This document shows, one piece after another, positions 18,085 through 26,917 of a stretch of DNA of 64,000 bases. The notes beneath the pieces were generated by a model that searched no databases, was not told the DNA's origin, and saw only the letters and a list, made by a program, of their open reading frames with translations. The stretch covers positions 82,196 through 146,195 of the forward strand of contig JAUSJH010000009.1 of assembly GCA_030647655.1 (NCBI GenBank). Reading direction: 5' to 3'. The first letter of the stretch is position 1, and the number at the start of each line of letters is the position of its first letter. The position numbers and the translations under genes were made by a program. This DNA comes from a bacterium. Its GTDB lineage: Bacteria; Patescibacteriota; Minisyncoccia; Phycocordibacterales; UBA2100.

Positions 18085-19248
18085 TCACTTCGCGAGCTCT
18101 GCTATATACATATCTACCAGACGGGGAAAGAGGCGTATTTTGAAATCCTGTGCCTGTGCAGAGACGTCGCCGCCGAGAATCGTCGGGAGGTCGAATTGTG
18201 TCTGCTCGGCGAGGTCGCGACTGATGTAGCTCAAGGTGATAGCGCGCAAATCGCGGTCGGCGGTTGTGGCGCCTTCACTCGTCGTTGCGATGAGAGCAAT
18301 GAGGCGGCCCCACACATTCACGACGGCCCCTCCCGAGGAACCGCTTTGCGCTCCGATTATGCCTCCGAGTGAAATAAGGTCGACGGATTTCATAAAGAAG
18401 GTCATGAGCTGACCTATCGTCGTTACAGATGAAGCACCGTACAAATTCAACTGCGCGGCGATGCCGCCCACGAATTCCGCAGGGTAGCTTGCAACCAAGA
18501 CCTGATCACCCTCAAATCCTATCGCTTCACGAGTGTCGAACGGAAGATAGGGATATGCTGAAGTAGTGGAGCCATCGAGAGCCCCTGTGATTCGGAGGAG
18601 CGCGTAGTCGTGCTCGCCGGTGCCGGTGGGATGTGTTGCTTTTATCTCACGCGCATGCGCCTCGACCCATACGGGCGGTATGTAGAGGATTTCGGCGCTC
18701 CAGCGCGGTGTTGCTGGGGTACCGCTACGGATAACACACGATAGGTCGATACGCGGGTCCTGCGAGAGAAGCACGTATTGTGCGACGTGTGCGTTGGTAA
18801 GAATGACTCCACGCGGGTCTATGATAACGCCGGAGCCCGAAGTGGGCTGAAACGAGCCACCGCCGCGCGGCATGCAGAGGATATTCACAAGTGCCGCTCG
18901 AGTCTCGTCGTTGATGTCGGGGAATGATTGAGGCGGGAACGGATACGGATTTTCGATGCGTACGGCTTGATTGTCGGTCTGTTTTTGTACTACAGGCTTT
19001 TGGACTGGCGGTTTTGTAGAGTCTCTAACAATGCTCGTCACCGGTTTTGTGGGAGTCGTGGTCGCTATTGGCGTGGTCGAAGCTTCGAGGCCAACGTTCA
19101 CAAGAGCTGTTTGCGTGCTTATACTCGCGCCCTTTTGGGCTACCGGCGTCGCTATAGCGGGCCAGCGGTTCAACACAAATAGGAATCCCGCCGCGATGAG
19201 TACAAACGCGCCGAAATGCGCAAGGAGAGATTGAAGGCGAGGAGACAT
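18085..19248 (-). CDS. Membrane-anchored trypsin-like serine protease
   Basis: GSGVIIDPRGVILTNAHVA (His), HDYALLRI (Asp), GSSGGAV (Ser); N-terminal TM. Confidence 0.88.
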   Translation of the reverse strand: MSPRLQSLLAHFGAFVLIAAGFLFVLNRWPAIATPVAQKGASISTQTALVNVGLEASTTPIATTTPTKPVTSIVRDSTKPPVQKPVVQKQTDNQAVRIENPYPFPPQSFPDINDETRAALVNILCMPRGGGSFQPTSGSGVIIDPRGVILTNAHVAQYVLLSQDPRIDLSCVIRSGTPATPRWSAEILYIPPVWVEAHAREIKATHPTGTGEHDYALLRITGALDGSTTSAYPYLPFDTREAIGFEGDQVLVASYPAEFVGGIAAQLNLYGASSVTTIGQLMTFFMKSVDLISLGGIIGAQSGSSGGAVVNVWGRLIALIATTSEGATTADRDLRAITLSYISRDLAEQTQFDLPTILGGDVSAQAQDFKIRLFPRLVDMYIAELAK

Positions 19249-19298
19249 ACCCGTGAATATACGTTCTATGCGGCTTTCTTTCAAGTTTTTGATGTCGT

Positions 19299-19369
19299 TG
19301 CGGGATGGGGGAATCGAACCCCCGACCACAGTTTGGAAAACTGTTATTTTGCCATTAAACTAATCCCGC
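19299..19369 (-). tRNA. tRNA-Gly(TCC)
   Basis: Reverse complement reads GCGGGATTAGTTTAATGGCAAAATAACAGTTTTCCAAACTGTGGTCGGGGGTTCGATTCCCCCATCCCGCA. Confidence 0.95.
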
Positions 19370-19400
19370 CTCGTTCGTAACTTTACACGAATCTTTCCAC

Positions 19401-19435
19401 AACACAAAAACCCGCCATAGGCGGGTTTTTGTGTT
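19401..19435. terminator. Bidirectional intrinsic terminator downstream of the HU gene
   Basis: AACACAAAAACCCGCC-ATA-GGCGGGTTTTTGTGTT. Confidence 0.85.
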
Positions 19436-19452
19436 TGCAGCGCTGCAAATAA

Positions 19453-19728
19453 TTACTTAACCGCGTCCTTCAAGGTTTTGGAAGCGCGGAACTTCGGCAC
19501 TTTCATCGCCTTTATCTGTATCGAAGCGCCTGTGCGCGGGTTTCGCCCCGTGCGACCAGCGCGCATCTTCGCTTGGAAGATTCCAAGACCTGCGATCGAG
19601 ACCTCCTCGCCCCGTTTCAAGGTGTCGGTGATCATCGCGATTATGGCCTCAACCGCGCGCTCCCCGTCGGCCTTCGTGCAACCAATCGTGGCGGCTACCT
19701 TCTCAACCAAATCCATTTTATTTGCCAT
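19453..19728 (-). CDS. hup: HU family DNA-binding protein
   Basis: NKMDLV...GLGIF...RTGRNPRTG...VPKFRASKTLKDAVK. Confidence 0.96.
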   Translation of the reverse strand: MANKMDLVEKVAATIGCTKADGERAVEAIIAMITDTLKRGEEVSIAGLGIFQAKMRAGRTGRNPRTGASIQIKAMKVPKFRASKTLKDAVK

Positions 19729-19890
19729 ACGTGTTTAATTACGTGGTTATTAAATGACTAAGCATACGCACTCGACCTATCTGTGGAACCATTTTGAGCC
19801 GTATTTTCCGGCTGTCAATTGACAAACGTCCACAATCCACAGCTTTTAAGCCGCATAATAAGAGGCTCAAAATATGGCTCAACAAGGGCT

Positions 19891-21420
19891 TTATCTCGCG
19901 AACTCGATAACCCTCGTCTCTCGAATCACGCTGATTTTTATTTCGCCCGGGTACTGCATGTCCTTCTCTATCTTGTCGGCGATGTCGCGCGCGAGCTTGC
20001 GCGCTTCGAGGTCGCTGATCTCTGTTGGCTTCACAATGACGCGTACTTCGCGTCCTGCGGCGATAGCGTAGCTCTTTTCGACCCCGGGCTGTGAGTTGGC
20101 GATAGCTTCTAGCTCAGTGAGACGTTTGATGTAATTCTCCGCCGAATCGCGCCGTGCGCCGGGCCTGCCGCCGGAAATGGCGTCGGCGACCTGTACGATC
20201 ATACTCTCGGGAGTTTCGTATGGATATTCCTCGTGGTGCGCCTGCATTGCTTTGACGACCTCTTCACCGACACCGAATTTCTGCAAAATCCTCCGTCCGA
20301 TTTCCACATGCGTGCCGGGGACCTCGTGGTCTACCGCTTTACCGATGTCGTGGAAGAGTGCGCCGGCGCGCGCGATAGCAGGATCGGCCCCCAGTTCTTC
20401 GGCGAGCATAGCTGCCAAATGAGCGACCTCGACCGAGTGGTCGAGCACGTTTTGTCCGTAGCTCGAGCGGAAATAGAGGCGGCCGAGTATCATCAAGAGC
20501 TTCGGATCGATATTCGGAACTTTCGCGTTGAAGGCTGCTTCTGCGCCCTTTTTCTTTATGATGTTGTTGATCTCCGCTTCGGCTTTCTGCACAGACTCTT
20601 CTATTTTTGCCGGCTGAATGCGTCCGTCGAGTATGAGGTTCTCGAGTGCGATACGCGCTATCTGACGGCGTATCGGGTCGTAAGAAGAAAGCGTGATGGT
20701 GCCCGGCGTATCGTCGACAATGACGTCGACGCCGGTGGCGCGCTCAAATGCGCGAATATTGCGGCCTTCTTTGCCAATGATCTTGCCTTTTATCTCGTCG
20801 TTTGGAAGCGAAATTGTGGTCGCGAGAACGTCTGAGACGACCGAATTGCCGAGGCGGTGTACCGCAGTCACGAGAATCTCGTTCGCGCGCCTCTCCAAGG
20901 TCTCATTGCCGGATATCTCAAGCTTCCTCATGCGGCTCTCTATGTCGCCTTCGGCCTGTTTCTCGACCGACTTCAAGAGGTCGTTCTTGGCTTCCTCTGC
21001 GGAAAGTCCCGCTATTTTCTCCAACTTCTCCTGCTGTGTACGCGCCATGTGCTCGGCTTCGATCTTTGCGGCGACAACCTCTTCATTCTTTCTTGAAAGG
21101 GTTTCCTGTTCGAGGTCGAGATTGGTCTGTCGCTTATCCAAAAGCTCTTCTTTGCGCACCAAACGTTCCTCGACCTGCTTCAGATCGCTCGCACGCCCTT
21201 TGAGTTCGTCGGTCGCGTGCGCTTCTTTTTCTTTTGCCCGCGCCTCGGCCTCTGTGGTTATTTTCTTTGCACGCTCCTCGGCATCAAGCTTCATCTTACG
21301 GATCTCGAGTTCCATCGAGCCGCGTTTACCCAAAGAAATAATAAGCCGAAGGAAATATCCGAGCGCAATACCAATCGCACCCGAAAGGGCGAGGAGGAGG
21401 ATAATGATTTTTAATGACAT
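19891..21420 (-). CDS. rny: Ribonuclease Y
   Basis: N-terminal TM and coiled coil, KH domain (KGKIIGKEGRNIR), HD domain (HDIGKA), DAISGGRPGARR, AIAAGREVRV. Confidence 0.97.
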   Translation of the reverse strand: MSLKIIILLLALSGAIGIALGYFLRLIISLGKRGSMELEIRKMKLDAEERAKKITTEAEARAKEKEAHATDELKGRASDLKQVEERLVRKEELLDKRQTNLDLEQETLSRKNEEVVAAKIEAEHMARTQQEKLEKIAGLSAEEAKNDLLKSVEKQAEGDIESRMRKLEISGNETLERRANEILVTAVHRLGNSVVSDVLATTISLPNDEIKGKIIGKEGRNIRAFERATGVDVIVDDTPGTITLSSYDPIRRQIARIALENLILDGRIQPAKIEESVQKAEAEINNIIKKKGAEAAFNAKVPNIDPKLLMILGRLYFRSSYGQNVLDHSVEVAHLAAMLAEELGADPAIARAGALFHDIGKAVDHEVPGTHVEIGRRILQKFGVGEEVVKAMQAHHEEYPYETPESMIVQVADAISGGRPGARRDSAENYIKRLTELEAIANSQPGVEKSYAIAAGREVRVIVKPTEISDLEARKLARDIADKIEKDMQYPGEIKISVIRETRVIEFAR

Positions 21421-21629
21421 ACGCGGATTATCCCGCGTGAGTCTTTATGTGCGCGTCAAACCAAACTTGAGAATTGAGAACTCATGAGTAAGTACTTGGA
21501 GCGCTCCATCGGCTCACCGGCGGAAACAAAATTGAATTTCTTGAACATACTAATAGGTACATGTGGGAGTGTATCACGACGATCGAAAAGCCGCCACTAG
21601 GGGAGAAGATCCCGTCTTTATGGGCTTTT

Positions 21630-22232
21630 TCAGCTCAACACCTTGTCTACAATGCCGTATTTGACGGACTCCTGCGCGTCCATGAAGAAGTCACGATCCA
21701 CGTCGGTGGCGATTTTTTCGAGCTTCTGGCCGGTATTTTTTGCGAGGATTTTGTTGAGACGCTCACGCAGTTTCAAGATCTGTTTTGCAGTTATCGCGAT
21801 GTCCGCCGCTTGCCCTTCGGCGCCGCCGTGCGGCTGGTGGATCATCACTTCGGCATTCGGTAGAGCAAAGCGTTTGCCTTTTTCTCCGGCCGAGAGCAGC
21901 ACCGCCGCCATCGAGGCCGCCATGCCGACACAGACCGTCGAAACATTGGGCTGGATGTGGTTCATCGTGTCCAAAATGGCGAGGCCAGCCGAGACCTGCC
22001 CGCCGGGGGAGTTGATATAGAACGAAATATCTTTTTTCGGATCTTCAGACGCGAGAAAGAGGAACTGCGCGACTACGAGATTTGCAACATCACTGTCTAT
22101 TGATCCTCCCAGAAAGACGATACGCTCTTTCAAGAGACGCGAGTAAATATCATACGCGCGTTCGCCCATCGAGGTTTTCTCGATAACCATCGGCACGAGC
22201 ATTTGTGAACGGGGTGCTGTTTCTGTTTTCAT
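21630..22232 (-). CDS. clpP: ATP-dependent Clp protease proteolytic subunit
   Basis: [40 protein letters not shown]. Confidence 0.98.
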   Translation of the reverse strand: MKTETAPRSQMLVPMVIEKTSMGERAYDIYSRLLKERIVFLGGSIDSDVANLVVAQFLFLASEDPKKDISFYINSPGGQVSAGLAILDTMNHIQPNVSTVCVGMAASMAAVLLSAGEKGKRFALPNAEVMIHQPHGGAEGQAADIAITAKQILKLRERLNKILAKNTGQKLEKIATDVDRDFFMDAQESVKYGIVDKVLS

Positions 22233-22285
22233 GCAGGCATCCTAACAGATTTCTCCTGCACCGCAAAATGAGCCATAATGCCCGC

Positions 22286-22633
22286 ATGGTGAATTGGCGA
22301 GACATTCAGAAGAAGGCAGTAGGATTCCGAGATGCCAGAAACTGGAAACAGTTTCATAATCCGAAGGATATGGCGTTATCTCTCGTCTTGGAAGCGACTG
22401 AGGTCATGGAACACTTTCAATGGAAAAATGGCAAGGAGCTGGACAAGTATGTTCGTGAGCACAAAGGAGAGATTGCCGACGAACTCGCTGATGTTCTCTT
22501 TTGGATTGCAACAATGAGCAATGACCTGAAGATTGATCTATTTAAAGCATTTGAGGAGAAGATGAAAAAGAACGAAAAGAAATATCCTGTGAAAAAATCC
22601 AGAGGCAAACATACAAAATATACGGAGTTATGA
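22286..22633 (+). CDS. MazG-like nucleotide pyrophosphohydrolase (RS21-C6/DCTPP1-like)
   Basis: FRDARNWKQFHNPKDMALSLVLEATEVMEHFQW...DELADV...KMKKNEKKYP. Confidence 0.9.
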   Translation: MVNWRDIQKKAVGFRDARNWKQFHNPKDMALSLVLEATEVMEHFQWKNGKELDKYVREHKGEIADELADVLFWIATMSNDLKIDLFKAFEEKMKKNEKKYPVKKSRGKHTKYTEL

Positions 22634-23358
22634 AATCGAAATCTTCCCCATACATACAAAGGGTAGAAGAGCACAAGAGTGTCGGCCATCGAGGGCGATT
22701 ACGGGAAAGATTTTTACAGGGCGGTCTCAATTCCTTTCTTGATTATGAGATTGTGGAATTGCTCCTGACCTTAGGAACTCCTCGAAAGGATTGTAAACCT
22801 ATGGCGAAGGAGGCTATCAAGAAATTTCGCGGATTACGGGCCGTACTTGACGCGTCTTTTGAAGAACTGCAAGAGGTAAAAGGTATTGGTCCCAGTAATG
22901 CATTTGGACTCAAACTATTTCAGGCAGTATCTGAGCGGCACGCCAAAGAACAAATATTCGAGAAGGTTATTCTCGATTCTCCTAAGGCCATATACAACTA
23001 TTTGCAAAAATCGATAGGCCGAGAAAAGAAAGAGAACTTTGTTTTGCTGTCTCTAGACACCCGTAACAATCTTATTAAAATCAGCAATATATCTGTGGGC
23101 ACACTTAATGCAAGCCTTGTCCATCCCAGAGAAGTATTCGAGCCTGCGATAAGAAATTCTGCTACTCAGGTTGTATTGGCGCATAATCACCCTGCCGGTA
23201 ATCCGGAACCAAGCGAAGAGGATGAGGTAGTTACGCGACAATTAGTTGATGCCGGTAAGATTTTGGGTATCCCTGTCATCGATCACGTAATAGTTGCGTC
23301 TAATTCTTATTTCAGCTTTGCTTCAAAATGCCCCGATATTTTTAGGCCAATCGTATGA
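22630..23358 (+). CDS. radC: RadC (UPF0758) JAB/MPN domain protein
   Basis: GHRGRLRERF, HhH motif VKGIGP, GTLNASLVHPREVF, AHNHPAGNPEPSEED, VIDHVIV. Confidence 0.95.
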   Translation: MKSKSSPYIQRVEEHKSVGHRGRLRERFLQGGLNSFLDYEIVELLLTLGTPRKDCKPMAKEAIKKFRGLRAVLDASFEELQEVKGIGPSNAFGLKLFQAVSERHAKEQIFEKVILDSPKAIYNYLQKSIGREKKENFVLLSLDTRNNLIKISNISVGTLNASLVHPREVFEPAIRNSATQVVLAHNHPAGNPEPSEEDEVVTRQLVDAGKILGIPVIDHVIVASNSYFSFASKCPDIFRPIV

Positions 23359-24476
23359 ATTTAGATGCTGTACTAAAAGCGAAGAATTTTTTCCGGTTTA
23401 CCGGACCGCCGGAACACTGGCTGACGGCAGTTAAATACATGACGTGGGGACTACAGAAGCATCATCTTAAGAGATGGCGGGATATCCAACCAGGTGACAT
23501 CTTTTTTATTCACAGTACAAGAGAATCCTTATTTCCCAATGCACAATCAGGAATCATCGGTCTTGGGGTAATTGGACCGAACCTGACACAAAAGCAGGGA
23601 CCCTTATGGCTTAAAGAGCTAATAGATAATTCTAATACTTGGCCTCTACTCATCCCGCTTTCAGAAATTTATCTCTTTAGTGAACTTCCCCCTATAGACA
23701 CTTGGGAAGCTCCAAACACAAAAAATCAGTCATTAACAAAGAATCTCATTGATACATTGATTGCCAATCGAATTCCCATACGGGAAGTCCCAGGCTTCCC
23801 GGCTATGGGCAGTTTTTCAAGTGTTAGCAGTAAGGTCTCGGACAGAATTTTGTCCGACAAACGCCCGCTTTATATATATACGGCTGGTGAAGTGGCAGAT
23901 ACTCCTCTCGAAGTTATCACCCTGAAAGAGAAAGATAACGACCAGCTTTTGGAAGTTAAAAATGCTGACGAGGCGTTGCGATATGCAGACACGCTCCAAA
24001 TATTTGACGTCGTTAAGGGTAGAACCATACGTGAACCAACCTCTGAATATATTCGCGATAATGAAACGCTCGAACGTGCAAATTCAGCCCACACAACTGT
24101 GCTACAACAATTGATACATTTATTTCGAAGCAGGGGATACGAGACCCGTTTCGGGCGTAAAACAATTGACCTTTTTGCTTACAACGAAAGAAAATCTTTT
24201 TTGTGCGAGGTTAAAAGTACAGAAAACAGAAATTTCAGGAGCCAAGCCCGGAAAGGAATTGCACAGCTATTTGAATACGAATACTTTGATGTTCAGAAAT
24301 TTACCGATGAAAATAAGTTGACGTTTACTGAGAAGCATAAATTAATAATACCTTCTCAGGTACCCGGTGACGAACGGTATGTAAATTTCATAAACAGTTT
24401 AACAATTGGTGTAGCAATGGTTGGACAGGAAAAATTACAACCCATAGGGAAAGATACGGGCTTCTCAAAGATATGA
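23355..24476 (+). CDS. Putative EVE/PUA-like + PD-(D/E)xK endonuclease
   Basis: The N-terminus HWLTAVKYMTWG...IQPGDIFFIHS...GIIGLG resembles EVE domains. The C-terminus H...GYETR...IDLFA...CEVKS...ARKGIAQLFEY resembles a PD-(D/E)xK nuclease. Confidence 0.6.
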   Translation: MNLDAVLKAKNFFRFTGPPEHWLTAVKYMTWGLQKHHLKRWRDIQPGDIFFIHSTRESLFPNAQSGIIGLGVIGPNLTQKQGPLWLKELIDNSNTWPLLIPLSEIYLFSELPPIDTWEAPNTKNQSLTKNLIDTLIANRIPIREVPGFPAMGSFSSVSSKVSDRILSDKRPLYIYTAGEVADTPLEVITLKEKDNDQLLEVKNADEALRYADTLQIFDVVKGRTIREPTSEYIRDNETLERANSAHTTVLQQLIHLFRSRGYETRFGRKTIDLFAYNERKSFLCEVKSTENRNFRSQARKGIAQLFEYEYFDVQKFTDENKLTFTEKHKLIIPSQVPGDERYVNFINSLTIGVAMVGQEKLQPIGKDTGFSKI

Positions 24477-24616
24477 TGAAGCTGATTCTCGACGTCTGTT
24501 ATGGCCCTCCTTCGCGCGAGGCTTCGGAAGGGCACAGCAAAAAGATTTTCAAATCCGAGCCCGAGCGGCTGGAGTTTTTGTTTGAAATGTATCAGAAGTT
24601 GACCGCACGCGAATAA
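24473..24616 (+). pseudogene. C-terminal remnant of an MmeI-like type IIL restriction-modification enzyme
   Basis: Manual translation: MMKLILDVCYG[PPSREASEGHS]KKIFKSEPERLEFLFEMYQKLTARE*. The bracketed part is a family B palindrome. The rest resembles the D..Y....F.S..ER..FLF..Y..L C-terminus of MmeI-family enzymes. Confidence 0.6.
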
Positions 24617-24639
24617 ACCCGTCGTGTAATGAAATGGTA

Positions 24640-24667
24640 TTGACAACGTGCGCACGATGTATATACT
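24640..24667 (+). promoter_or_regulatory. TA operon promoter with operator palindrome
   Basis: TTGACA (24640-24645)-N16-TATACT (24662-24667), with palindrome CGTGCGCACG in the spacer and ATG 7 nt downstream. Confidence 0.75.
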
Positions 24668-24674
24668 TCTTTAT

Positions 24675-24923
24675 ATGACTACATTGAACGTAAGAATCGA
24701 AAAAAAGACCAAGGCTGCCGCAAGCAAGGCGCTTGCGGGTATAGGCCTTGATTTGTCTACGGGCGTCAAACTTTTTTTGCATCAGGTTGTGACGGAGCAG
24801 GGACTACCGTTCACCCCCACCAAAAACCCCGCAGCGCTTCGAGCGAAGTGGGACAAAGAGGTCGCTGAAGCTCTGAAGAAAGGGAAGGTGTATGATGCGC
24901 GGGATGCTCTGAAAGGGCTATAA
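24675..24923 (+). CDS. RelB/DinJ family antitoxin
   Basis: TTLNVRIEKKTK...IGLDLSTGVKLFLHQVVTEQGLPF. Confidence 0.9.
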   Translation: MTTLNVRIEKKTKAAASKALAGIGLDLSTGVKLFLHQVVTEQGLPFTPTKNPAALRAKWDKEVAEALKKGKVYDARDALKGL

Positions 24924-24930
24924 TTCCCGA

Positions 24931-25218
24931 ATGCATAGAGTCGTTAGAACACGACGGTTTGAACGTTCATTCCGGAAGCTCAGGAAATCCGGGCTTCTCA
25001 AAGACATATTGAGGGCTGAAATAGATGCCACGATTATTCTACTTGCTGAAGGCAAGTCCTTACCCGCTTCATATTCTGACCACCAACTCACCGGAGACCT
25101 CGACAGGTATCGGGAATGTCATATCAGGAGCGATCTACTGCTCGTCTACGAACGTCACGACGACAAGCTCGTGCTTGTTCTCATCGATATTGGAAGCCAC
25201 TCGTATCTATTCGAATAG
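24931..25218 (+). CDS. yafQ: YafQ family mRNA interferase toxin
   Basis: DHQLTGDLDRYRECHIRSDLLLVY...IGSHSYLF. Confidence 0.92.
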   Translation: MHRVVRTRRFERSFRKLRKSGLLKDILRAEIDATIILLAEGKSLPASYSDHQLTGDLDRYRECHIRSDLLLVYERHDDKLVLVLIDIGSHSYLFE

Positions 25219-25313
25219 CGACTCTAAGGGTTTTTGGTCGGTTACATCTCACAGAGTAGGCGAAAACAGGTTCGGTTCGTTAGTCGTCCGAGGGGGATGT
25301 GCCACGTTTTTTA

Positions 25314-26375
25314 TTATTGTCCTGATTTCTCCTCTTTTGGACCATTATTATCTTCATCTTGCGAATCACGCTTGTCCGAGTCGCTCGAGTCGGATATGAG
25401 CGCCTCTATTTCTGTTGCGGCCTCGAGCGCCGAATTGAAATTCGAGGACGCCTCCTCTTTATTGCCGCGCGCGTCGTCGTCGTCTCCCGTGGAAAACGCC
25501 TCTGTTGCAATTTCCAAGCGTTCCTTTGCCTGCTCACGTGCGCCCTCGGGAAGACTAGGAGGAGAGCGGTCGAGGAATTTCTTGGCGGCTTTGATGCGCG
25601 CCTTAGCGGCAGTCCTGAGACCCTTGCTGACCGTTTCGGAGTCATCGTCAACCTTTTTCGCCTCGATGCTCTCTGCCATATGTGCCGCAGATGCACCAAT
25701 CGTGCGCACGGTATTGCTTGCCGTTTCCGCTCGCAGCGCGACCGCCACCGCATTCCCTATACGCTTTTTGCCGAGGATATTTTCGCGCGCGAGTAATACA
25801 GCGCCGATATTCGTCCCAATCCCCGAAGCGTCAGAGCTGTTCTCGTTCTCGAGTTGCTGACGATTTCTTCCCGCAGTTCTGATGTGTTCGTCGAGATTCG
25901 TGTCGAGCTCTGCGCGCGCCTCCTCATCGAGCTTCCCGCTCAAGACAAGAGTTGCCGCCTCTTCGAGCCGGCGTTCCGCACGGTCCATTTCCCAATCGGC
26001 CTTTGCCTTCGGTGTCGTGGCAAGGGTTGCCCGCACTTCCTCGGTGACATGCACTTTGATAGGGTAGAGGATATCTCCGGGGAGCGAAGTCTCCGCGGCG
26101 GCGACCCCCCCGCCACTTACTGCGACGACGAGTATTGCCGCAATAACGGGCATCGGGCGAATATGCGAGGTAATAAGCCACAAGAGCCTGTTTTGTGGGG
26201 TCTTCTGTTGTACCGAATGACTATCTATCCGAATTGGTCGGAGCTTCGCATATTCAAAAAGGTGTGCGCGCATGCGCTCACGGGAGGTGTCGTCCATTTT
26301 GAGATACGTCGCAGCTTTTATCTGCGCCGCTAAACGGCGGTCATTATTCTGTTTGAAAAAGTCGCTGAATTTCAT
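25314..26375 (-). CDS. DUF5667-like membrane protein, putative anti-sigma factor
   Basis: TM followed by SLPGDILYPIKVHVTEEVR...AERRLEEA; overlaps the ECF sigma stop codon (ATGA-type junction). Confidence 0.7.
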   Translation of the reverse strand: MKFSDFFKQNNDRRLAAQIKAATYLKMDDTSRERMRAHLFEYAKLRPIRIDSHSVQQKTPQNRLLWLITSHIRPMPVIAAILVVAVSGGGVAAAETSLPGDILYPIKVHVTEEVRATLATTPKAKADWEMDRAERRLEEAATLVLSGKLDEEARAELDTNLDEHIRTAGRNRQQLENENSSDASGIGTNIGAVLLARENILGKKRIGNAVAVALRAETASNTVRTIGASAAHMAESIEAKKVDDDSETVSKGLRTAAKARIKAAKKFLDRSPPSLPEGAREQAKERLEIATEAFSTGDDDDARGNKEEASSNFNSALEAATEIEALISDSSDSDKRDSQDEDNNGPKEEKSGQ

Positions 26376-26905
26376 ATATTTTTTGTGTTTGGCCCAAGGA
26401 GGATGCGAAGTTTCTCCACACCGCGATGTATCCGGACCGAGACTACATTTTCCGAAAGTCCCGTTATCCGCGCGATTTCTTTTGGCGGCAGGTCTTCGGT
26501 GTATCGCATGAGGATGATGTCGCGATACGTTTCATCAAGCGCATCGATGGCTATTCGCACCCGCGACATTTCTGCTCGTGCGACCGTGCTCTTTTCGCCC
26601 ACGCTATCGTCCGTGACCGCAAAACCATCGTCCTCAATGAGCGCGTCAAGCGAGACCGCTTTCTTCTTCCGATACGTATCGACGACGAGGTTGTAGGCCG
26701 TGCGATATAAGAACGGTTTCCACTCCCTGATGACTCCGCCTTCTCGGCAGTAATCCCACGCGCGCGTGAACGTTTCTTGGGTGAGGTCGCGCGCCGTTTC
26801 CCGGTCGGCAATCTTCATGCAAAGGAAGCGGAAGATCGTATCCCCATATGCATCATATGCGGCAAGGAACGCCTTCTCTCCCTCATGCTCTGACGGATTT
26901 TTCAT
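26372..26905 (-). CDS. ECF RNA polymerase sigma factor
   Basis: Region 2 ARDLTQETFTRAW, FLYRTAYNLVVD; region 4 EIARITGLSENVVSVRIHRG. Confidence 0.93.
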   Translation of the reverse strand: MKNPSEHEGEKAFLAAYDAYGDTIFRFLCMKIADRETARDLTQETFTRAWDYCREGGVIREWKPFLYRTAYNLVVDTYRKKKAVSLDALIEDDGFAVTDDSVGEKSTVARAEMSRVRIAIDALDETYRDIILMRYTEDLPPKEIARITGLSENVVSVRIHRGVEKLRILLGPNTKNI

Positions 26906-26917
26906 GGCATTCTTACC

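Noticed and set aside
21421-21600. 6S RNA or leader peptide upstream of rny
   Set aside because: I could not build the long 6S-type rod, and the 26-codon ORF has no supporting features.
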